A stretch of 64,000 bases of DNA from Eledone cirrhosa (lineage: Eukaryota), in assembly GCA_964016885.1 (NCBI GenBank), contig OZ024743.1, forward strand, positions 179,924,001 through 179,988,000. Direction: 5' to 3'. Made by a program: the position numbers and the translations under genes. The notes below the pieces were generated by a model. The model was not told where the DNA came from and made no database searches. It was given only the letters and a program-made list of their open reading frames with translations. Numbering within the stretch: the stretch's first letter is position 1; each line of letters opens with the position of its first letter. This document shows, in pieces, positions 42,573 through 58,522 of the stretch.

Positions 42573-45500
42573 ATTTCGTTTCTGAATTTGTTTAGCAAGA
42601 TTCTTTATCTGAAATCGTGTGTTGAAACCGATATTGTTATACTTTGGGAGGGCCATGTTGCCAATAAGAAACACACGCACCAGTTGCTTTCACTTCAATT
42701 TATTATAATAAATTTATAATAAATTTAGGAATTTATAAATTTCCGGTTGGTTGGTTGGTTCCACAACCAGATGGTTGTTTATATATTGTCAAAGTTCTTT
42801 TGTCACACATTATGTGACCTCTTCAGTGACTGGGGATTCCTTTCTTTGTTTCTGTGCCTCTCCTTTGTTCTGTCCTACGCCATTTTGTTTCTGTGTGTGT
42901 GTTGTGTGCTCAGTCTGCGCATGCGCCACATCCCGGTGTCTGTGTGTGTTTATGTTCATTTATTTATTTGTTTATTTACATGTTACTGGTTGGTTGTTTG
43001 TTCTATGTGCGTGTGTGTTTTCATTTTGTCCTTAATTGTAAGTTGTGATGTTGCTGTTCCACTCATATTTTCTATTTAATTTTGGTTGTAATTCTTTTAT
43101 GTTTATTGCCTCTGTAATTTGTCTAAACATTGCGTCTTTTCTGTGTGTAGATTCTATTTTTATTTCTATGTTCTCTAATTTACCCTTGTGTTCTATTTTA
43201 GCATGTTGGTAGAGTACAGATGATTCTTTATTATCTTGAAGGTCTCGCCAGTGTTCATTTATCCGTTCCCCTACACTACGGGCTGTCTCACCTATGTGCA
43301 CTATATTTTTGTCTCTACATTGTCCTTCAGTACATCTTATGCTATACACTACATTTCTAGTTTAACAGTTAATATGGGGGCTTATTTTACAGGTTATACA
43401 TTTCTTATCTATACATGAGGGTCTTTGAAAAGGGTATGTCTTGCTAATAAGTGTTTTTACGGAGGTACCTGGTCTTTCTACTATCTTAATACTGAGTTTA
43501 TGTTTATTTAGGGCCCTTCTAAATTTGTAAGCTAATTCACCTCTAGGGGTTGTATCGATGAACATTACACTCTGGTATTTATTGCTATCATACCATGAGT
43601 TTATTCTATTAGCCTTGTTCCTAGTTCTTTCTATACTATTCCAGAATTTGCTCCTATACAAGTGGCAGGTCCCATTTATGTCATTATTTACCATTTTTTC
43701 CCATTTGGTTCTGGCTCCTCTATACACTCCTCTATACCATTTAACAAACGCACGCAATTGCCGTCGCAGGTCGATGAACAAACAGAAGCACAATTTAGTA
43801 TAGCTAGATCCGAACTTAGAAATATTATAGAACAGTATAGCAAGAAGCATAATAGAATGGAGGCCCGCAACTGGGTGAAAAATCTGCAAATGGCTTGCGT
43901 AAGCTTATGCAGCGCTCGCGTAATGGAGAGATAGCATGTTTTCCAACAGACAAGTCTGGCAGAATGTCGGTTGACAGCCTGCCAAATTACATCCAGGCAA
44001 TGCAACCCCACATCACTAACACAAGAGAGGTAACACCACAGTAGCATGAGGTTAGAGAAAGAGCCCTCAATGCCCATATGGTGATGTGGACGAATATAAT
44101 GCAGCCCAACAAAAGGACTGCCAACAACTTCCAGGCCTGGAACAATGACGTGCCGGCGTTGTATGGGCTTCGAAAAGACCATAAAACGGGCTGTGACCCT
44201 GTCGCGGGACCACCAACACGGCCAGTCTGTGGAGCTAACATTGCTAGTAACTACAGACTGTCCTACTTCCTCTCCCTGATCATACGCCCCCATCATTGAA
44301 ATGTCCCCAGATGTATGTGACAGCATGGAGGACCTCCTCAGCAGAATCGACGTGAGTAACCGATCTGGGGACCTAACAAACTGCATAATAGGCAGTATGG
44401 ATGTTGTGTCCCTGTATCCATCTATTGACGTGGATTTTGCTGTGGAGAAATGCGTAGAAATGATCAGCGAGAGCAAGGTTGATTTCCGTGGGATTGATAC
44501 CAATGAGCTGGGACTCCTACTTAGGCTCACCTATAGTAATAATTACCTAGACACATATGACCTCAGCAACCTGTGCCCTACAAGACCAGCAAGAGGCAGA
44601 CCACCTACCATTACCTCAATGGCCAAGAAAACCCACACAGATAGATGGAACGGGTGGACCAGAGCCATACGGACACCCGAAAACCACGATGAACTGAAGA
44701 AAATGATTGCACATGCAGTAGGGGCCAGCATAAACGTAACCCTTAAGGAACATATGTTCAAATTTAATGGAAAAACACTTCATCCACCGTATGCAGTTCT
44801 CTGGCTACAATCAAAGAGATAAAATCAGAGTGCATAGAGGAGCCAGAACCAAATGGGAAAAAATGGTAAATAATGACATAAATGGGACCTGCCCCTTGTA
44901 TAGGAGCAAATTCTGGAATAGAATAGAAAGAACTAGGAACAAGGCTAATAGAATAAACTCATGATATGATAGCAATAAATACCAGAGTGTAATGTTCATC
45001 GATACAACCCCTAGAGGTGAATTAGCTTACAAATTTAGAAGTGCCCTAAATAAACATAAACTCAATATTAAGATAGTAGAAAGACCAGGTACCTCCGTAA
45101 AAACACTTATTAGCAAGACATACCCTTTTCAAAGACCCTCATGTATAGATAAGAAATGTATAACCTGTAAAATAAGCCCCCATATTCACTGTAAAACTAG
45201 AAATGTAGTGTATAGCATAAGATGTACTGAAGGACAATGTAGAGACAAATATATAGTGTACATAGGTGAGACAGCCCGTAGTGTAGGGGAACGGATAAAT
45301 GAACACTGGCGAGACATTCAAGATAATAAAGAATCATCTGTACTCTACCAACATGCTAAAATAGAACACAAGGGTAAATTAGAGAACATAGAAATAAAAA
45401 TAGAATCTACACACAGAAAAGACGCAATGTTTAGACAAATTACAGAGGCAATAAACATAAAAGAATTACAACCAAAATTAAATAGAAAATATGAGTGGAA

Positions 45501-48500
45501 CAGCAACATCACAACTTACAATTAAGGACAAAATGAAAACACACACACACATAGAACAAACAACCAACCAGTAACATGTAAATAAACAAATAAATAAATG
45601 AACATAAACATACACAGACACCCAGATGTGGCGCATGCGCAGACTGAGCACACAACACACACACAGAAACAAAATGGCGTAGGACAGAACAAAGGAGAGG
45701 CACAGAAACAAAGAAAGGAATCCCCAGTCACTGAAGAGGTCAAAGAGTGTGTGACGAAAGAACTATGACTATATGTAAACAACTATCTGGTTGTGGAACC
45801 AACCAACCAACCAGAAATTTATAAATTTATAAATTTATTATAAATTTATTATAATAAATTGAAGTGAAAGCAACTGGTGCGTGTGTTTCTTATTGGCAAC
45901 ATGACCCTCCCAAAGTATAACAATATCGGTTTCAACACACGATTTCAGATAAAGAATCTTGCTAAATAAATTCAGAAACGAAATATCGTAAGCCTTAACC
46001 AGGCTAACAAGATACTGAAAACCACCATGTTCTACGAAAAACCATAACATCTCGACAACTACACTTCATAAAAGAATGTGCCTCATCCCGAGTTTACACC
46101 AACACCATCAACACTGACGTTAGAAGATTACAACTCACCAAAAAACAAGCAGATAGGCTAAAACGAACATTAATTCTAAACATAAAAAAGATCTATAGAG
46201 AATTAAGTGATCAAGAAAAACATAAGCGTAACCTAATACAAGAAATAGCTAGGATCACCACACCATGAGAGAAACTAATATTTATAAGCCTTATACGCCC
46301 TGAAGAACAGTACATTACTCAAGAATGTGATAAGCAATTTAACAAGAAACTAAAGTGGCTTAAGCAGATAAAGCTAAATCAGGATACTATAGAGAATATC
46401 AATAGATATCCCGATAAAATTGACGGTATAACTATGGCCGACACCTCATTAACAGAAGAGTTCAACAACAACAACAACACAAATATATACGGTAACACAA
46501 GAATAGATGACAATGAGATGTCTGTGTTATGTTTACCCCCGAAATTTGCGACATTCAAGAAGGTAAATATGATTAGTTGTCTGTCAGAAATAGAAAAATC
46601 ATTTACAAAACTACGCTGGAGCCTCAAAAACAAAAACAAAAACAAAAGCAACAATATACGCACACACATATACAACACACATCCCAACAACAACAGACAC
46701 ACAGACACAAACAACAATAACAACAACGCACACACCACCAACAACAACAATAACAACATACCCAAAAACAACAACAGACACGCAGATACAAACAACAATA
46801 ACAACACACACATCAACAATAACACACACGGAGACAACAACAACCCACATCAACAACAGCACACATCAACAACAACAACACACACACATTCAATGCCTCT
46901 CACCACCACCACAATCTTAACAAACACACAGACACAGAAAACAAGTAATGACAGTAGCACAGAAATCAGAGAAATAAGGGAAAGTAATAGGATTAAAAAG
47001 AGAAGGGAGACTAAGGACAAAGAGAATAACCAAGACGAACACACAGACACACAAAATAGGGTAGATAACAACAATGAGACAGTGGAAAGAGACAGGAGTA
47101 ATTGTGAGAGACATAGAAACAACCATCAGGCTGTTGGTGGAAATAGAAATAGAAACAACACAACTAACAATAACAATAGCACTAGTACACATAAAGCAGC
47201 AGCCTGGAACTCTACGTTTTATAATCCCTCCGATAAATCATTCGACCTGCGACGAGTCCACGCCACGATTTTACCATTTAACAAACGCACGCAATTGCCG
47301 TCGCAGGTCGATGAACAAACAGAAGCACAATTTAGTATAGCTAGATCCGAACTTAGAAATATTATAGAACAGTATAGCAAGAAGCATAATAGAATGGAGG
47401 CCCGGCAACTGGGTGAAAATCTGCAAATGGCTTGCGTAAGCTTATGCAGCGCTCGCGTAATGGGGAGATAGCATGTTTTCCAACAGACAAGTCTGGCAGA
47501 ATGTCGGTTGACAGCCTGCCAAATTACATCCAGGCAATGCAACCCCACATCACTAACACAAGAGAGGTAACACCACAGTAGCATGAGGATAGAGAAAAAG
47601 CCCTCAATGCCCATATGCTGATGTGGACGAATATAATGCAGCCCAACAAAAGGACTGCCAACAACTTCCAGGCCTGGAACAATGACGTGCCGGCGTTGTA
47701 TGGGCTTCGAAAAGACCATAAAACGGGCTGTGACCCTGTCGCGGGACCACCAACACGGCCAGTCTGTGGAGCTAACATTGCTAGTAACTACAGACTGTCC
47801 TACTTCCTCTCCCTGATCATACGCCCCATCATTGAAATGTCCCCAGATGTATGTGACAGCATGGAGGACCTCCTCAGCAGAATCGACGTGAGTAACCGAT
47901 CTGGGGACCTAACAAACTGCATAATAGGCAGTATGGATGTTGTGTCCCTGTATCCATCTATTGACGTGGATTTTGCTGTGGAGAAATGCGTAGAAATGAT
48001 CAGCGAGAGCAAGGTTGATTTCCGTGGGATTGATACCAGTGAGCTGGGACTCCTACTTAGGCTTACCTATATTAATAATTACCTAGACACATATGACCTC
48101 AGCAACCTGTGCCCTACAAGACCAGCAAGAGGCAGACCACCTACCATTACCTCAATGGCCAAGTAAACCCACACAGATAGATGGAACGGGTGGACCAGAG
48201 CCATACGGACACCCGAAAACCACGATGAACTGAAGAAAATGATTGCACATGCGGTAGGGGCCAGCATAAAACTAACCCTTAAGGAACATATGTTCAAATT
48301 TAATGGAAAAACATATGCCCAAGAGGAAGGAGCAGCCATTGGTGTTAGCATTGCAGGCGACATAGCTAACTTATTCATGGTATGGTGGGACAGTAGACTT
48401 AAACTTAAACTTAAAGAACAATTAGAAGACCCCTTAACCCTGATAATGTACTCCCGCTACGTAGATGATATAAACATCGTAGTTAAGACACCCCCACTAG

Positions 48501-50000
48501 AGAACAGTCAGGAACTAGAGAAAAACACAATGGAAAGCATCCAGCAAATAGCAAACTCCATCCACCAGAGCATTAGAGTTACTATAGACTACCCAAGTAA
48601 ACACCCCAACCATCGATTACCTGTACTAGACACAGAACTCTGATTAGATACCATTAACAACAAAAAACAAATCCTCCATTCCCATTATGCCAAACCCATG
48701 ACTTCCAAACATCTGATCCACCGAAACTCGGCCGTTTCAGACCATACCAAAATCAACATACTGATTGCGGATTTGGTACGGGTGATGAGAAATGTGTCCC
48801 GCATCTGCAACCGCGAAGAACTAGAGAGACACATACAACACTTCATCCACCGTATGCAGTTCTCTGGCTACAATTAGAGAGAAAAAATCAGAGTGTATAG
48901 AGGAGCCAGAATCAAATGGGAAAAAATGGTAAATAATGACATAAATGGGACCTGCCACTTGTATAGGAGCAAATTCTGGAATAGAATAGAAAGAACTAGG
49001 AACAAGGCTAATAGAATAAACTCATGGTATGATAGCAATAAATACCAGAGTGTAATGTTCATCGATACAACCCCTAGAGGTGAATTAGCTTACAAATTTA
49101 GAAGGGCCCTAAATAAACATAAACTCAATATTAAGATAGTAGAAAGACCAGGTACCTCCGTAAAAACACTTATTAGCAAGACATACCCTTTTCAAAGACC
49201 CTCATGTATAGATAAGAAATGTATAACCTGTAAAATAAGCCCCCATATTAACTGTAAAACTAGAAATGTAGTGTATAGCATAAGATGTACTGAAGGACAA
49301 TGTAGAGACAAAAATATAGTGTACATAGGTGAGACAGCCCGTAGTGTAGGGGAACGGATACATGAACACTGGCGAGACCTTCAAGATAATAAAGAATCAT
49401 CTGTACTCTACCAACATGCTAAAATAGAACACAAGGGTAAATTAGAGAACATAGAAATAAAAATAGAATCTACACACAGAAAAGACGCAATGTTTAGACA
49501 AATTACAGAGGCAATAAACATAAAAGAATTACAACCAAAATTAAATAGAAAATATGAGTGGAACAGCAACATCACAACTTACAATTAAGGACAAAATGAA
49601 AACACACACGCACATAGAACAAACAACCAACCAGTAACATGTAAATAAACAAATAAATAAATGAACATAAACACACACAGACACCGGGATGTGGCGCATG
49701 CGCAGACTGAGCACACAACACACACACAGAAACAAAATGGCGTAGGACAGAACAAAGGAGAGGCACAGAAACAAAGAAAGGAATCCCCAGTCACTGAAGA
49801 GGTCACAGAGTGTGTGACGAAAGAACTATGACTATATCTAAACAACTATCTGGTTGTGAAATCAACCAACCAACCAGAAATTTATAAATTTATAAATTTA
49901 TTATAAATTTATAAATTTATTATAAATTTATTATAATAAATTGAAGTGAAAGCAACTGGTGCGTGTGCTTCTTATTGGCAACATGACCCTCCCAAAGTAT

Positions 50001-50007
<7 letters not shown>
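42573..50007 (+). mobile_element. Compound PLE family-1 locus: inverted 3' arm, internally deleted copy and full-length tandem copy
   Basis: 42573-43735 reverse; about 43736-45845 forward with a deletion at about 44777; about 45845-50007 full unit; three pLTR/HHR segments; (TA)n flanks. Confidence 0.95.
45901..49588 (+). pseudogene. PLE polyprotein (RT + GIY-YIG), disrupted
   Basis: Same motifs as 7282-10972; stops including 47579, 48164 and 48641; frameshift near 47415. Confidence 0.93.
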
Positions 50008-50071
<64 letters not shown>

Positions 50072-50437
50072 CATATATATTTATATATATATATACTTAT
50101 ATATGTATATGTATATACATATGTGTGTGTGTATGTATGTATGTATTTACAGAGACAGAGGGAGAGAGAAAGCGAGAGAGAGAGCGAGAGAGAAAGACTG
50201 AGAGCAAGGAGCAATAAGAATACAGAATGTGAGTAGATATTATTGTTTATTAATTTAAATAGCTGGCAGTAGTGGGGCTGAAAAAACGCTGGATTATATT
50301 TCAGAATGTCTTGACAATTAGATAATTGTTAATAATTAAATTTATGTAAAAAGATTCTGTAATGGCGAATATAAATGTGTGTATGTATGTGTGTGTCTCT
50401 CTGTATATGTATGCATGCTTGTTTGTGTGCCCGCGTA

Positions 50438-50474
<37 letters not shown>

Positions 50475-50764
50475 GTGGTGTGTGTGTGTCTGTGTGTATG
50501 TGTCTGTATGTGTGCGTGTAGATCGCGAGTAAAATCGTGGGTAACCACAGTTTAAAAATACGGTATTCTGATGATTTTAAACGAATGAAACAGTTCTTGT
50601 GAAACAGTTCTTGTCCTGTAAAAGCCATTTCTATATTAAATGATGATATATAGCAGGGTTTTACAGGATTTAATTTAATAAGACCAGTATGCAGCAGAGT
50701 CCTCGATACTTGAGATAGAAGAGTGTAACTATATTAGAGAGAGTGTCGAAACTCTTATATGTAT

Positions 50765-50847
50765 ATATATTGCTCTGATTGTTGATTATTTAATTAATTA
50801 ATTCGTCATTGAGCCAAATCGTGAATGGTTGCCAAAAACACACACAG

Positions 50848-50921
<74 letters not shown>

Positions 50922-51510
50922 CTTTCTCTAGTTTGTGTATATGTAAATATTTATATTTTATAATCTCCCATAAGGTTGAGATGCAATTTAGGCAATATTA
51001 GGCTGCGCTTTCTAGCAACCAGCCCACTCGCCGTAAGGCACCAATCACATTCTTTCTGACTTGACCACTGCCACGTCACAGTTCTTAGCCATTTTGAATT
51101 CGTATCTGGCGGGGATCATTTAAGAAAAATCTTCGTCCAAGTGAGTTTGTTTCCTGATGATTTCGAAGCTCGTGAATTTATCCTTGATCGGATATTTCCA
51201 AAAGTGAATGAAACCCCATGGGATAGAAACGTAAACTTGGTATGTTTATATACATTTTATCTTCTAATTTTAAATTTATACCTAATTGTGTATGGTTGAC
51301 GATATATTTAATTGATTTCCACGTGCTATTGAAATGGTGGGTAAATATTCTATAGCTGTTGATCGCGAATAGATGGCTGTCGTTTATTTATCTATTAATT
51401 CTTCATAGGTGCTTTTAATCTTATAGCCTGGTTTTTTGTGTGGTTGATTATTCTGATTGGGAGAGGAGATGGTGTATACATCTTATCAAATGATTCTATG
51501 GACATATTTT

Positions 51511-51515
<5 letters not shown>
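50765..51515 (+). mobile_element. HHR element related to 17689-18592; hammerhead at 51149-51230
   Basis: GTTTC-CTGATGA-tttc..gaat-GAAAC CCCATGGG ATA-GAAAC; shared ggctgcgctttctagcaac and acctaattgtgtatggttga. Confidence 0.75.
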
Positions 51516-51557
<42 letters not shown>

Positions 51558-51863
51558 TTCAAGAGTAACCAATCTTAAAGAGTGAGATGGAAAATTAGCA
51601 CTTAACTATAAACTACCCACAATTTCTAATCTCTTGAGGAGTTACTTCCCCTGAAACCATCCTCTAATTAGTAAGGTAAATATGTCCTTTGGCGGCCATC
51701 TTGTTATCCATAGGCAAATCTCACACAATGCAGCCTCGACAGATGAACACTGCTTGATTATGGCTGACAACTGATACAACCAGGACACCATAGTGAAACA
51801 CCAATATATGGAACACTACATTATGTAACATTCTCTCCTTATTTTAATTTATATTCCTTTGAA

Positions 51864-51982
51864 GTTCCGATGAGCCGCTCTGTTTTTAAATATGTTAATT
51901 ATTTTCAACTGAACCAGATCAATAATGATATATAGTCATCTGATCCAGAAATATTATATGGAGTAGCGAAACAATTGTAAAC
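51864..51982 (+). ncRNA. Hammerhead-like motif with CCGATGA core and long stem II insert
   Basis: GTT-CCGATGA-GCCGCTCTGT..ATGGAGTAGC-GAAAC AATT GTA-AAC. Confidence 0.7.
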
Positions 51983-52009
51983 GGACATTATTATTATTAA
52001 TATTATATC

Positions 52010-52200
52010 AGGGCTGTGGATTGGCAGTATCGCTAGAGGGTCGGACGCCATGCTTTCCAGCATAGTTACGTCCCTTTACGATCTGAGTTCAAATCCAGTC
52101 GAGGTTGACTTTGCCTTTCATCGTTACGGGGTCGATAAAATAAAGTACCAGTAATACACTGGCTAATTGCTGGCCTGGTGCCTAAAGTAGAAACAATTAT
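52010..52200 (+). mobile_element. Meta-domain SINE
   Basis: Reverse complement match to 2843-3023. Confidence 0.85.
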
Positions 52201-52312
52201 TATTAATTTATTATTATTATTCTCTACATTCCTTACATCAAACTAAAATATGTTGACAATCTTTTAATAATGTCTTCCTTTTTAAATTTGTGGCCTTGTT
52301 TTGCTTAACTAA

Positions 52313-53359
<1,047 letters not shown>

Positions 53360-53609
53360 TATATAATAAAATATAAAAAAAATTCAGAGACAGAGGGAAG
53401 TATTGGAACTTACTGCAATCATGGATAATCTATTAACAAACAATTATTGTTATCAAAATTATTTATTTCGTAACACCATCAAGACATTCTTATATTATGT
53501 GTATGTTGCTTTCAGTCGGTAGATATTATTGAAAATAATACGAAAGCTTTCAATTCTCCATCGTGTATGACCAGCTTTTGTATCTCTATTTAGCTTTCAA
53601 TATGAAGAG

Positions 53610-54072
53610 TCACTTTGTCGAGGACTCTTAAAATGGCAATTATTAGGCAAATATGGTAGAAATAAGTCCGCCACGGTAAACATTAAAACTCCATGCACGC
53701 TCAGCTTTTAGATTTAAGTAGGTATTATGCAGTAGTTATACTTTCTCCCTCATATATCTTTCTCCCACTAAAATCCTTAGTGCTGTACAAGACATAAACA
53801 GGCACCGACGTTTACAAATGAATGTTTATACAGAAACTTGCCCAGGATAGCAATTACAATTGCTCGGAGACGGTTACGATTTGCAGGACATTGTTGAAGA
53901 CATAGGCAGGACGTTATAAACAAGCTACTATTGTGGGAACCAACTCACGAGAGATGGAAGAGAGGAAGACCTGCTCTAACCTTCATTTATCAACTCTCAG
54001 ACGATACAAACCTCGTGAATTGTGGAGAATCTTTGTCTGGAATGTTCGACTGAGGTCATGATAATGATGATA
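53610..54072 (+). mobile_element. RTE LINE 3' fragment
   Basis: LYRNLPRI..RRRLRFAGHC*R..KLLLWEPTH..RGRPALTF; (TGA)n tail; shorter copy at 55930-56080. Confidence 0.8.
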
Positions 54073-54073
54073 T

Positions 54074-54674
54074 ATGGTGGCTGCCAACTCGTTTTCGAGT
54101 ACGGCCACTACTTTATATCCATGTAGGAGAACCCCTACCGATGCGCTGAACGAGTGTGACTTTTAAGTCCAGCCAGCGACTTGAAAACTCTGGTACAAAC
54201 ACTACACTTGTGACAATTATTGACACATAGTGCTAGGCCCATGGTACCATGTGACGACAAGTGCAGAGAGATCTCCAGATATAAAGCAATGCCTGTGCCG
54301 TGAAGCTTTTATAGTGAGCAAAGGCACTGCACAAAGCCAGTCCCACTCTCTTGACCAAGATGATATTTACCAAAAAGAAGAACGAGTCAACATCATTGGA
54401 TACCATCAGGGCTGCAGGTGTTATATCAGAGTTTTCCTTCTCCTAGAATTCTGCCTTGACAAAGGCTAAGGGGTCATCTCTCCCGGTGATTTTGGATGGC
54501 CATAGACTCTTAAGAGCTCCTTTGCCCTTTGACAGGTTTTGTTATTAGTCCTGCAGGATGTCCAAAGTCACCCTCCTCACCAAGAAACCTTGGTGGGGTT
54601 GCCAGTTTAGTCGCCAACGACCCGACCATGAGACAGGTTGTACTGGGATACATGTTGCCAGTAGCACCAACTGA
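54074..54674 (-). mobile_element. 600 bp RTE-related element, copy 3
   Basis: Near-identical to 6231-6843. Confidence 0.85.
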
Positions 54675-54693
54675 TGATATATATATATGTATG

Positions 54694-54838
<145 letters not shown>

Positions 54839-54932
54839 GAAGTAATTCCGTCGGAAAAGTCCAGGAAAAAAGAGTGCTCTATGTAGGTAACAGAGCTTAA
54901 TAGTTATATAATAAACAACATAAGGCAATTAT

Positions 54933-54990
54933 TCCATTTACCAGTGGTTTCTTAAAAGCAAAAAATTTTGCTTTCAATCCTCAGAATGAA
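54933..54990 (-). ncRNA. Hammerhead ribozyme within a short inverted-repeat element (about 54900-55070)
   Basis: Minus strand: TTCATT-CTGAGGA-TTGAAAGCAAA attt TTTGCTTTTAA-GAAAC CACTG GTA-AATGGA. Confidence 0.85.
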
Positions 54991-55074
54991 TAAATCCTGG
55001 TCTGTTTATTGAATTTGGATTTTAAAAACAAAAAACACAATTGCCTTATGTTGTTTATTACATAACTATATATA

Positions 55075-55900
55075 TATATGTAGGAGGTGAGTTTTATTGT
55101 AGCACAATAAAGCAATGCGACTATCGGATAAGTTTGTAGGACTGGAGTATAAATAATATAAGATCAACATATATTTTTTGATGTTAGATATTTTCATCCT
55201 TAAACATTCTTTTCTTCTTGTTTAAATAAACTATTTACGTACACATATTACGTACACATATTACATTACATAAAAACAAACTTAAACCCTAACTAATTCC
55301 TCTAAATTCATTCTTCTCCTTCTTTTCACATTATATCCTTAATAACATTCATATTTTTATTTTAATAATACATATTAATAATTTCTTTTCCTCGCACATA
55401 TTATTAAACGCTACAATATACAAACCTTAATTTAATATTATTCTTAATTCCTTTTTCTTCATGCATAAACCTCATTAACTTTTAATTTCAAATTCATTTA
55501 AATTATCTATTATCTTCCAACGGCTTTTTAATTTCTCTCTGTGAGACAATATATATTTTTTTCTCAGTTGTAGAGGCTATCTCTCTCTCTCTATCCCCCA
55601 TCTCTTCTCCTCTCTCATCATTCCTTCTTATACTCCTCCCCCACCATTCTTTACTCTCATCTCTTCTTCTTCCTTACCTTTTCCAACCCCCCACCCTCAC
55701 TTTTTCCCAATCTCATACATCACTCTTAATTTATTTTTCATATGTTGATTTAAAATTTCACTATTCACAAGTGTTTTTTAAGCTTCATATCATGTATCCC
55801 TATTTTATCTGATGAGAACACAGATATCATCCCATGATGATATTTGTTTTTGAAATGCGCATAATAAATTACTCTTTTAACCATCTTTTGATCTTATATA
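55075..55900 (+). mobile_element. HHR element of the 27170 family; hammerhead at 55803-55868
   Basis: TTTAT-CTGATGA-gaacacagatatcat..atgatatttgttttt-GAAAT GCGC ATA-ATAAA; 55078-55165 is an inverted copy of the 27495-27592 sequence. Confidence 0.8.
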
Positions 55901-56809
55901 TATATATACATGATCTTATATATATACATACTGAGGAAGACCTGCTCGAACCTTCATCGATCAATACTCGGGCGATACAAACCTCATTAGGGAGCTGTTG
56001 CCACGAGGAATGAAAAATCGTGAATTGTGGAGAGGCTTCGTCAGGAATGTTCGACTGTGGACACAATGATGATGGTGATGATATATAAACAATGGCTAAA
56101 ATATTAATGATTATACTTTGTTTATTGTTTTAATCAATGATTAACACTTTTTGTACTCTTTATGTATAGATCTGTCTTGCAGACAGCTTTGATGTTTTAG
56201 GCTTATTTATGTAAAGGTGGTGTTTCAGGGTATTACGTTTCATGGATAATTCTATAGAATGTATTTCCATTCGACAAAGACAGACGAGGGAAATTCAACA
56301 TTCAACCTGGATATTGGAAACTTTCACCTTGGAACTTCACATGAAAGAAATAATTGAAGTAATAAATGATAAAGAATGTTTGATCAATCAATGACTATAA
56401 ACATTAGGTAATCAATCATAAAAAAAAACCGAAGAAAAAAAGTTATGTTGAAACGATTTGTCAAATTGTAATTTTAAAAGACGCTCTGATATGAATTTAC
56501 ACTTTACTACTAAGGAGAACAATGTCAATATTATCATCGTTTAATTTTGACTAGAGTTTAAAGGTTAATATTTTTATGTACCACCGTCTATACTATTGCA
56601 ATGATTAAACATATACGTAAAGGTATTCATATATATTCTTATAGAAGTTGTTAAAATACAAGTTGCTATAAAAGAAAACATTACACTATTGATATCAGTT
56701 TCAAAAGACTATTGTATTATAAAAACAGCAATTCAACACTTTTTCATTGAGTTTATCTCAAACTTTTTAATCGGCAAAATACGTGTTATTAATAATAATC
56801 AATATCTTC

Positions 56810-57175
56810 CCATTTGAAGGAGGTAGATCCCACATGTGACACATTCTCCATCTCAAACTTAGTCACTTCGATCACAAACCCTGGTACTGCGGCCCACAAT
56901 GCAGAGAAAAGGGCATGTCTGACCTCTTCGCACCGGTCGTCTTCGAGATCTTATGTGTGCTTGAAGTCTGTACTGCCGAGCTCCTCCACAAGACCGGAAC
57001 CTCGGCAGGCCGTCTTAGGAATGAGTACCTCCAGGTCGGGGTCGCTGTTGCAGTGGGTATCGTTGGCAATTGTCCGCGGAAATACCACTGCAGTCTTGCC
57101 CCAAAACCACCGCACCATAGGCCTGGAGCCCATCACCTCCCTCTCCTCTCTCCATTCTTCTGTGACTCTAGAACC
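56810..57175 (-). mobile_element. Dispersed repeat homologous to 31880-32280
   Basis: Peptide-level similarity, in-frame stop. Confidence 0.45.
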
Positions 57176-57564
57176 CTTGCCTTTGCCTTCATTCTCCGTT
57201 TTTAAATATCTGTAGTGTTGTTGTTATTTGAAATAATTTTGTTTATGATTTTTTAAAATGTTTATTAATTAAACATCATCTCAATTTAGAATAGAATATT
57301 TAGATTATTATATGTCACAAAAGAATAACGTTTACATACAATATTCTGTTTTTATAGTCACAGTAATTGTTAACCACCAAAATGTCTCTCGTGTTTCATT
57401 TAAACACTTTTACTCAGTGTTCACAAATGAAATAGATTTTATTAGTGAAGCACTTCAGGTAGCTAGAGTTCGAATGTTAATCGATCCACATATTATTCGA
57501 TATGGTGATTAAGAATCATTGGATATTAAATCGTTATCGTTCAGTCATGTATCACTTTTAGATC

Positions 57565-57743
57565 GAAGTTATTGATTTTTGATTATTGAGGAAACTAATA
57601 AACATTAACATTGTTTCGATTATATTGGAACAACGGCACGATTGGGGGAGGGGGAGGGGCTTATGTGTATCGCAAGAGCAACAAGGAGAACTTATTTCCA
57701 AACGAGGATTTGGTCTGTGCGTGCTAGTTGGTCTGTGTGTGTG

Positions 57744-57841
<98 letters not shown>

Positions 57842-58055
57842 AATACATATATATATATTGTGTGTGTGTGTGTGTAGATTCACGCACATACACACCAACT
57901 CGTACACACAAACCAAATCCTGGTTTGGAAATAGGCTCTCCTTGTTGCTCTTGCGATACACATAAACCCCCAAAATCGTACCGTTGTGCCAATATAATCG
58001 AAACAATGTTAATGTTTATTAGTTTCCTCAATAAACAAAAATCAATAATTTCGGT
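57565..58055. repeat. Fold-back element with diverged ~180 bp arms around (CA)n/(TG)n
   Basis: 57565-57745 is the reverse complement of about 57880-58055; no complete HHR core. Confidence 0.8.
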
Positions 58056-58170
58056 ATATATATATATATATATATATATGCAGAGGTTATATTTAATTTG
58101 TTGGGATTCAACAAGCTTAAAAATTGTATAACTGATATACAGCACTCAACAATGCAGTGAAGTAAATATT

Positions 58171-58522
58171 CAATATATTAATAAATGGAAACTATATTTA
58201 TAGAACCATAATTATTTTATTATATATATTTCAGGGGCAACCAAGGCAAATTATGGTGCGATTTCATCAGATAAAATACAGATTTGTTTTATAAATAAAT
58301 ATTGACATACCCGGAAAAAAGACAACCTTAACGGTTGAAGTTCGCTGGAGAGTGAACTTCAACCGTTAAGGTTGTTTTTTTTCCGGATATGTCAATATTT
58401 ATTTATAAAACTAATCTGTATTTTATCTGATGAAAGCGCACCATAATTTGCCTTGGTTGCCCTTGAAATATATATAATAAAATAATTATGGTTTTATAAA
58501 TATAGCTTCCATTTATTAATAT

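Noticed and set aside
43688-44530. 280 aa minus-strand ORF
   Set aside because: Antisense shadow of the PLE RT region, not open in the other copies
48641-48643. In-frame TGA as selenocysteine in the PLE ORF
   Set aside because: The other copy has TGG at this position, so it is a copy-specific nonsense mutation
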